DNA of 55,416 nucleotides, filler included, from Squatina squatina (lineage: Eukaryota): NCBI GenBank assembly GCA_031763465.1. It is 3 parts of 3 records of this genome, joined end to end, with 100 filler letters (N's around TTAATTAATTAA, not from the genome) between each part and the next. Parts side by side here need not be neighbours in the genome. Positions count along the whole stretch, not along the records: positions 38,883 to 55,416 come from JARFOE010000163.1; 2 more parts are not named here. The stretch is one strand, 5' to 3'. Below are positions 47,646-55,416 of this stretch, one piece after another (positions within the stretch are counted from its first letter, which is position 1; each line of letters begins with the position of its first letter). The translations under genes were made by a program, and so were the position numbers. Below the pieces are notes generated by a model, which was not told where the DNA came from, ran no database searches, and worked only from the letters and a program-made list of their open reading frames with translations.

Positions 47646-47735
47646 CACCCCAGGCCCTCCACCTTCCGCATTACTTCACGCATTAAGGTCACGTTTAGGT
47701 TCATAGGAAGAGTGGTGTTGCCCAAGGAAGTCACG
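47646..47735 (-). CDS. Candidate orphan coding exon (3' part; 5' part in the gap), product unassigned
   Basis: Open frame VTSLGNTTLPMNLNVTLMREVMRKVEGLG ends at a consensus donor tg|gtgagt, with a GC/CpG shift relative to the flank. No homologue recognised. Confidence 0.3.
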
Positions 47736-47835
47736 NNNNNNNNNNNNNNNNNNNNNNNNNNNNNNNNNNNNNNNNNNNNNNNNNNNNNNNNNNNNNNNNN
47801 NNNNNNNNNNNNNNNNNNNNNNNNNNNNNNNNNNN

Positions 47836-48300
47836 GCACTTTAGCACTCTAAGGGAAGTGGTAGCGCTTGATTTAGTGCTCCACTTCCCTCTTGGAGCGC
47901 TGAAGCTGAAATTCCCGGGAGCAGCAAATGATTTTCACCTGGCGATACTTTTGCACTTCCTGAAAAGTTATCGGCCCAAATGGGTGCTACGCAATTTCAA
48001 GCCCTTTAGGCATGAAAGAGTCTCTGAGGTGGCCAAGGTGGGGTCTTGAGCTGCAATGCCTTTGTTAGCCTGGCTTTAGCGCAAGACACCATCTTGGTAA
48101 AGGAGTTGGAGCTAGCGCTAGGAACAACCATCCTGAGGATCATTAGGGCTCTGATGACCACTTAAAGTGGCTGCTAACTGTCATTAAAGAGGCTGCAGCC
48201 ACGTTGCTGGCTAGTGCTGCAATTAACGACCTCTCTTAACAGCGAGCAGCTGAACAGGTGTAAACAAGTTGTTGATCAGGATTGTGAGTGCTTCCTAAAG
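47836..48300. mobile_element. Degenerate Harbinger/MITE-like internal sequence
   Basis: tagcgc-type repeats and an inverted repeat agggaagtggtagcgc / gtgctccacttccct. Confidence 0.4.
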
Positions 48301-49428
48301 CCATGCTCAGCTTTCACTGTTCACTTGCTGCTGGAGATCGACTGACCACACTGTTTGAAGAGGACTTTTGATGCACATCCAAAGACTTTCTGGGGCACTT
48401 TTAAGACTGCACCAACACTCTATCAACATTTATTCTGGAAATCCTCTGCAGACTTCACCTAAAGAGAGTGAGTGCAGTCCTACTGNNNNNNNNNNNNNNN
48501 NNNNNNNNNNNNNNNNNNNNNNNNNNNNNNNNNNNNNNNNNNNNNNNNNNNNNNNNNNNNNNNNNNNNNNNNNNNNNNNNNNNNNGCACAACATCGTGGG
48601 CCGAAGGGCCTGTTATGTGCTGTATTTTCGATAGTTAAATCTAAACTGCCTGTTCACCAATTTCTCTCTTCTGAGCTTGAGTATGTGTTTGAGAACAGTG
48701 CCTCCTACTGCATTGCTGTGATTATTTCTACTTCCCAGACCGGCCATCCTGTGACCTTTCTGAATGAGGTTGCTAGGTAGTAGTAGCTCCGTACAAATTC
48801 GATGTACCCCAGTTTTATGTCTGAACCCTTGCAGCCTGCAGACTAACCCATCAGTCTGTATTTGACCTCTGGTCCCGGAGATGAACGAACTACATCTAGA
48901 TGTCTTGCACCAATCAGTCCCTTCCTCTGTCTATCTTTAAATCTGTTTGAATCTCAGGAATGCTCTATAAACAGAGATAGGTCTCTTCCCGTGAAAATAA
49001 ATTTGGGCAAAGTTGAGAGGCTACAACTCTTGTCCTGCAAAGATAGGAGTTGGTACGGCATTGTTTAAGTTGAAGGAATGTTTCAAAAAAAATGTTTCAA
49101 TTCAATCTGATTTTTTTTCAAAGTAAACATTGGTTCTAATTGAATGTTTGTGCAACTGATGGTGTTTGTACTGGACACCTGTTCTCTGTTTTGAGTTCAG
49201 TGTTCCAGTGCATGTTAAAACGATGATCCCCTCTTCTGGGGCCCAGTAACAAGCATTAACTCTTAAGTGTAGAAATTGAGATTCCATTTTTAAAAAATCT
49301 CCATTTTGTTCTGTGGGCACGATTCAGCATTAGGTGAGGGCACCAATGCTCAGATTTGCACCATGGAGCAGATTCAGCAATGCCAACATTGAAACAACCA
49401 AGCATGCAGTTTTGTGGTCACATGGTGC

Positions 49429-49803
49429 TAGGGTTTTCATCCCTGGTTGGACATATTCCTGGAGGTATCACCATCAGGTATGACATCCTCCTGCCTTCAA
49501 TTGCCCCGCCCTCACACTCCTACCATTGGTCGCCCAATATGTCCATTCTCATAGGGCAGCACCTTCCTAAGCCAATCAGAAAGTGAATAGACTCTTCATT
49601 ACCTGATTTGGATGATCATTCACTCTCCGTCAAGTCATTTTTCCCTATATCCAATATTTTTATAATTAATAAACGTATTTTTTAAAAAAAATTAAAAATA
49701 CATTTTTATTGCTCCAATGATTTTTCTCCCAGGTTGCTCGCAGCAATGTCCTGGAAATTAGTCTTTAATTCCTCAGGGCAATCCTGGCTGGTTGGAAACC
49801 CTA
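49429..49803. mobile_element. Non-autonomous hAT-like element (TAGGGTT.CCA termini)
   Basis: Left end tagggttttcat, right end ttggaaacccta; the flanking 8-mers catggtgc / gtggttgc are only weakly similar. Confidence 0.55.
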
Positions 49804-51099
49804 GTGGTTGCTTAAAAATTGGATTTGCACCTTCAGTTTTCTGGCCAGAAACCTTCCCTGCTGATAGCAGAGGATCTGTAAAGACTATCAATGTCTCCAG
49901 AGGCCCCTTGGAAATGTTCCCCACAAGGGTAGTGCCTCAGAAGATACTTGTGTTGCCTCAGTTAAGGGCACTTCAACATGTTAAGAGTTTGTTGGTAGCC
50001 AGAACATGTCACTCCTGCCAATGAGCACTGTTAAAGTAAGTGACTTGACCTCCGTTTATCCAACACAGCTCAGTCCCAGATCTTCCCTGGATGTCGTGAG
50101 CCATCGGAACTCCAGTTAGAAGTAAAAGCAAGCACAGAACTGGAATCCTTCACTTTTAGCAATGGGCATAATTACTTGCCCTTGAAAGGAGGTGATTGAG
50201 AGGGGGCCTAATCAGATAGTTAATGATATATCAAGAACAGTTGAACTGTGACACTAGGTTCAAAATGGTAGATGGTAAATTTTAAGGCTGATGTTGGAGT
50301 TCTCCACAAGGAGTGATCAACAGTTGGAAGAGACTTCTGGGTAGAGTCGAGGAGGTGAAAAGTCTGAAATTGTCTAAAATAACTGGATATTGTGATGGGG
50401 TGTGGGGAGTTAGGGGAGGGTAAACTGTGGGGTCTTTTTAAATGGTTGTAAGGATGAGCTGAATGGTCTTTCTTAAAACTGATCCATCTTGTGAAAGGGA
50501 TTCATGAGTGACTTTCAACAGGCTTTGTTGGGCGATGTAGCAGGAGCAGGGACAGACAGCAGTACATGAAAATCATGAGTCTCTATTTGAGCCCCTCCCC
50601 AGGAATGCTTAATATGATTACAAAAGTATAGTACAGTAATGCCTCTATAGCAGGAGAAGAAATATAATCTACATTTATAATAGAAATGTCATATCAGAAA
50701 AACACCCTTTTCAATCTGCTGTAACGGAATCACCTGAAGGCTATTTTTCCTTGAGTGGGTGATGAATAACAAGGTGTTAAATTGCATCAGCAAACAATGA
50801 ATGAGTTAGTAATATTTGCAGTGGTGTCCATTGTGTGTGAACTGCAGAGATGGAAATGCAAAGGGAAAATCAAAGAAGGTTGTAGCTATTATTATAAAGT
50901 TAGTGGATTTAGCTTTCATAGAAATTGCTGGAAGACTTTGGTTTTTTTATATAGGTGTTTGTACATTCCATGGAAGCTGACTATCTACCCCAGGCTCCCA
51001 GTGCTACAGTCCGCCCCACACCCATTTACTTTCCCACATGGCAGCCAAAGCCAACCAGACTAGCAGAGTACAAGTGTGCAGAAGTTAGGCTGAGATTTT

Positions 51100-51465
51100 T
51101 TACAATGCAGTGAATACTGTGTGCAATTCTGGCTGCTATACCGCAAGAAGGACACCCAGGTATTGGAGAGGGTGAAAAGAAAATCAACAAAGCTAGAGGT
51201 TATAAATATTAGATAGTCACTAATAAATTCAATAAAGAATTCAGGAGACACATCTTTACCGAGCGTGGTTAAAATGTGGAACTTGCTACCATGTGGAGCA
51301 GTTGAGCCGTATAGCATAGATGCCTTGAAGGGGAAGCTGGATAAGCACATGAGGGAGGAAGGATCTCTGATCGGGTTAGATTGATTAGAGTGGGAGGAGG
51401 CTTGTGTGGTGTACAAACGCTAGTTGAGCTGAATGGCCTCTTTCTGTGCTGTAAGTTCTATGTAA
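51100..51465 (+). mobile_element. CR1 LINE 3' fragment
   Basis: Degenerate EYCVQFW...RKKD...LERV.R, followed by the tail gctgaatggcctctttctgtgctgtaagttctatg. Confidence 0.8.
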
Positions 51466-51489
51466 CAAGTCTGATCCCAAGTGTGAGTG

Positions 51490-51760
51490 TATGAACTGCA
51501 AAGAAAGAGTGGTGAAACTTCAAATCTACAGTCTAAAGTGAAGAAACACCAATGGAGAGGGGACCTCATCAAGGATCTCCAACAACTTCTATTTATTGCA
51601 AACAAAAGATTGCCAGGTACCTCACAGATGGATGTAAAGAAAATAGACATGGAGCCAGGAAGGGAGAGATTAGGAGGGGTGATTGAAAGCTTGGCTAAAG
51701 TTTGTGTTGGATGAAAGGCCAGCAGAAGAGCGTTGGAGTAGTCCAGCCTAGATTGGGTGT
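51490..51760 (-). mobile_element. L2-clade LINE 3' fragment, degenerate
   Basis: Minus-strand SRLDYSNALL matches the L2 ORF2 SRLDYCN.LL motif. Confidence 0.6.
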
Positions 51761-52930
51761 TCGGGTGTACAGAGGATGAGCTAAAAGTGCTTTGAAACAA
51801 TAAAAAGTGAGCACTTTGACGAGAGACTTGGAAAGGTAGTTAAATGGACCAATGGTCATCTGCCCAAATTATTACTATGTTTTTGAGACTGCTGCCCACA
51901 AGATTTCCCAGTTGGTATGACGACCTTCCTTAAGTAGTAAATTCTGACTCTTGCACCTGCTCACTTTGAGCAGACACAATTACTCACTAGTTATTTAAGG
52001 TGCATTACTAATGGTTTCCTTCCTTAGGGCTCCATAATTTTGGCAGGTGCTAGCTATTGCTTTAATTGATCACTGCATCNNNNNNNNNNNNNNNNNNNNN
52101 NNNNNNNNNNNNNNNNNNNNNNNNNNNNNNNNNNNNNNNNNNNNNNNNNNNNNNNNNNNNNNNNNNNNNNNNNNNNNNNTATGTTTCTATGATGCACCAG
52201 CACAGGGTGGCACCTTCAGGTGGAGGGAGGAGAAAGCTGGGGGTGAGAATGGGTGCGGAGGTGGGGAGAAGTCTATTCATTTTTTTAACAGGAGGGGATT
52301 TGCACTCTTAATCGGTAAATGGCCTTGTATATAATATGGAGGGTCAATAACTAGGGTAATCTCTTGGACCAATACTACACATTACTGACCTTGACCTGCT
52401 GAATCATCAACAATGTCACATTATTGGCACAACAGAAGCATGACAATTGCTTTGAGAATCCTGATAACTTTCTGCTACGTCTGGTCTATTCTGATAATGT
52501 GCATTGTCCCTGCATTGATTACATGAACTCTGTTCCATTGGCTAATTGATCGATCTTTGGTTCTCATTAACTGGTCGGGCAATAGTCCTCAATGCATCAT
52601 TGTATTGATCTTGGTGACAAATACTTGACAAATTAAGTCAACAAACACTATAACTCAGCTCAACCAAGCGAGTCAAATGGAAGGAAGCGAATACGTTTTT
52701 ATTGATGTATTGTTCTGTACCAGCTCTGAAAGGCATTAGGTCACGTACATTTTTCATTTAGAGAATTCATGTTGCTTCCTTATATCTTACATGGAAAAAA
52801 TATTTAATCTTCAAATGAGTCAAGGGCTACNNNNNNNNNNNNNNNNNNNNNNNNNNNNNNNNNNNNNNNNNNNNNNNNNNNNNNNNNNNNNNNNNNNNNN
52901 NNNNNNNNNNNNNNNNNNNNNNNNNNNNNN

Positions 52931-53095
52931 AACCTCAATCCTGTCCTCATCCAACATTCACACTTTCCAGCAGGGGTCTCTGCGTAGTGATCGGGGCCCC
53001 GAGCGTAGAGGGGCTACTGTCGTGCCCCTACACCTACTGGCTGAGCTCAGCTAAACCAATAGAGCCCAGGGACGTCCCTGGTGTGTATGGTCTGG
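52931..53095 (-). mobile_element. Old SINE family B
   Basis: tcctgtcctcatccaac..cactttccagcagggg..ctgagctcagctaa, the reverse complement of family B. Confidence 0.55.
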
Positions 53096-54149
53096 CAGTA
53101 CACACACTCCCTGAACTACTGGATGAACTGTTGTATTGTAAGGTAGGAAATCACGATCAACAGCATGGAAATTGGTGCAGCTTAAAATTCAAAAACAGAA
53201 TGTCAGATGTTTTGCATAAGATCACAGGGCTGATGCTGAACACATGACTCAGTTCCTTAATAACTCTAGCTGGCAGGGGAGTTACACAGGGCTTAACAAG
53301 GTAGATTGGTGTTGGCTCGGCCTGCCCTTTAGAATGGAATTAAATCAATAGCAGTGTGACCAAGCTGGTTTATTGATCCTGCGAGTTTTATTTAGCCTAC
53401 TAATGGCAATCATTAATGCATTTTTGAATAAAGTAAGTATTCTGAGAAATACCGAGCATGACCAATTGCAAGATACAAAATCCTGAAACAGAAACATAAA
53501 TGTGTTAATTTATCTGTTAATTTCCAGACTAACAGCTATTTCGAGCTACGTTATTGAGTATAAATTAACAGTGCGTTTCCATTGCAGGAAGGGTTGGGAA
53601 AATGCCCCAGTTGTTTCTCATAGCTCGGCAACTGTTTTTAAATGCACTTAAAATAGCCTTTCCATTTCACAAAACACTTACTTAAACTTTTGATAACTCA
53701 TGGAATGGCTGCACTTCCTGGTCTTTCACTAAACCGCATTAGAGGAACAAGGGTCGAGACCAGGGCTGGGCAATGATTTGGGCTGGAGGGCGACCCCAAC
53801 AAGTTTTGGTGAGCTGTTGAGGGCCACACACCAATGTTCCCATTAAGCTGTGTGGCCATGCGATCTGGAGGCTCCATGCAGGCCGCTCAGCAGCTTTTAA
53901 ATTAATAGCTGCCTAATTAGCNNNNNNNNNNNNNNNNNNNNNNNNNNNNNNNNNNNNNNNNNNNNNNNNNNNNNNNNNNNNNNNNNNNNNNNNNNNNNNN
54001 NNNNNNNNNNNNNNNNNNNNNGTCACGATTCAGATAATAATCTGCCTTCTTGTTCTTGCCACCAAAGTGGATAACCTCACATTTATCAGCATGGGACTGT
54101 AATGAAAATTAGAGGGACTGCATTTTTAATATGGTTTTCTTTTCCAGTT

Positions 54150-54510
54150 TTCCTCCTTTGCCCTTTGAAGGGTGTATACCATGGTGTTGTCAGTTCTCTG
54201 GTACTGTTCCCAAGTGGCTAGCCTTTACTTGTGAGTTCATACAATGAGTACTGTCTGGTATACAACAGTGTGCTCAATCCTGCCCTCACCTGGATTTTTA
54301 GTAGAAGCCATAAGTCAGTGATTAAGAGCTACCAATGCCAATGGCTGATTCTTTTTCCACTTCCTACCCCAAAAATGTTGATGTCAATTGTCACACCTCA
54401 ACAAAGATCTGCAAAATCAGCACAGGCAGCTGATTGAATGTGGAATCTTCTGGTCCCACTTTGGCTCCGTATCACACAGGGAAGGACAATTGTGAACTGA
54501 GCCATTAAGC
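54150..54510 (-). mobile_element. Old SINE family B
   Basis: ctctggtac..cccaagtggc..gtgag..tcctgccctcacc..tggctgatt..actgagccat (tRNA-like head on -). Confidence 0.55.
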
Positions 54511-55078
54511 TGTGCATAAATTTGTTTCAATATTTGTTCAATTAGCTGCAAAACCTCAACCATGGCCCAGTTTGTCTCCAACCGCAACTTGGGACTCGAT
54601 TCAAAAGTAAGACATGAAAGGGTAAATTTTACAAGAATGCACTCCCTGCGCAGAGCATTGCTCCATATTCTGGGAGATCATTGATATACTTGAGATTTTC
54701 TGTCCATGATTCTGAATTATCGTTGTCAGTCTGACTTTAAGAAGGTTTGCATTGCACAGCGTTAAATATCCTTTTTCATTTATCTGATTGTAGAAGTATT
54801 TTTTAAAGTATCCATACAATGTGAAAATATTCTTTATACCATTTATCTTGCAGAGTGAGAAATACAACTCCGAGGACTGAGTGTGCCTAGTGGCAGTGGG
54901 ATGGCTTTAAGGGAGTTCAGATCTGATTGAATATTAAAATATGCAGGGTATAACTCTGGCACTGACAGAGAGGAGAGAGGTCTTTGCTGCAGGCAGCCAG
55001 GCAGTCTGCCTTGTGCACAGACAAGGCATGGGAGTGTGAAAACTGAGAAAAGAGGGGAGTATAAACCAAAATCACACA

Positions 55079-55222
55079 ATGTCTGAGGAACAGAGCTGGA
55101 CCGGAGAGGATTTAAAGGCACAGGATACTCAATCCAAGGTGAAGGAGCAGATAATGTGTATTGTGAAAGACCTGGAACTGGTTCTCGGGGAACTGAAGTC
55201 AGTCTCCACTGAGATGAAAGAG
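55079..55222 (+). CDS. PRR16: PRR16/Largen-like protein, first coding exon (N-terminal coiled coil of the PRR16/INSYN1 family)
   Basis: ATG in a good context (acaATGt) and donor gag|gtgggt in phase 0. Encodes MSEEQSWTGEDLKAQDTQSKVKEQIMCIVKDLELVLGELKSVSTEMKE, versus recalled human PRR16 KVKEQIKIIVEDLELVLGDLKDVAKELKE|VVDQ. Orthologue versus paralogue is unresolved. Confidence 0.8.
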
Positions 55223-55416
55223 GTGGGTACATGTCCACTTTGGTCACAAAATTACAGTTTTCAGTGTTGGCAGTAGGTTTTCAGTACAGTCTTGTGGTGA
55301 ATGTATATTTTTTTCCATATGGTGTCCACTTGAAAACATCCCAATTTTAGATTCAGTTCGACCAAAGTTGAGTTGTGTCTGGAGAGAGAATATTTTGGAC
55401 TGTACAAGAACCTGGT

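Noticed and set aside
48613-48930. ~105-codon minus-strand open frame including MAGLGSRNNHSNAVGG...
   Set aside because: No recognisable homology, weak splice signals, and it runs into a LINE tail; probably chance.
1-55416. PLCB1/PLCB4-CHD7-PRR16 as a novel gene cluster
   Set aside because: The three blocks are joined by synthetic linkers, so their adjacency carries no biological information.

Overview
Eukaryotic, AT-rich genomic DNA, most likely from a cartilaginous fish (shark). That assignment rests on the SacSINE1/DeuSINE, CR1, RTE and Harbinger repeat content. The assembly is very fragmentary, with 1-3 kb contigs joined mostly by nominal 100-N gaps. Two artificial N44-TTAATTAATTAA-N44 linkers (14434-14533, 38783-38882) split the window into three blocks that may be unrelated. 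Block 1 (1-14433) holds five 3' coding exons and the 3' UTR of PLCB1 (+), then a CpG-island promoter and one internal coding exon of PLCB4 (+). Block 2 (14534-38782) is a repeat-rich, gene-poor stretch followed by the 3' UTR and last two coding exons of CHD7 (-). Block 3 (38883-55416) has PIF/Harbinger transposase and Myb/SANT relics, MITEs, SINEs/LINEs, one possible orphan exon, and the first coding exon of a PRR16/Largen-like gene (+). I found no prokaryotic features (CRISPR, operons, rRNA) and no convincing novel biological system. The best leads are the diverged PRR16-like exon, Harbinger-derived hairpin MITEs (one with paired ETS sites), a hairpin kept in two Harbinger copies, and a candidate upstream PLCB4 exon. 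Gene calls come from my recollection of the human protein sequences, not from a database search.
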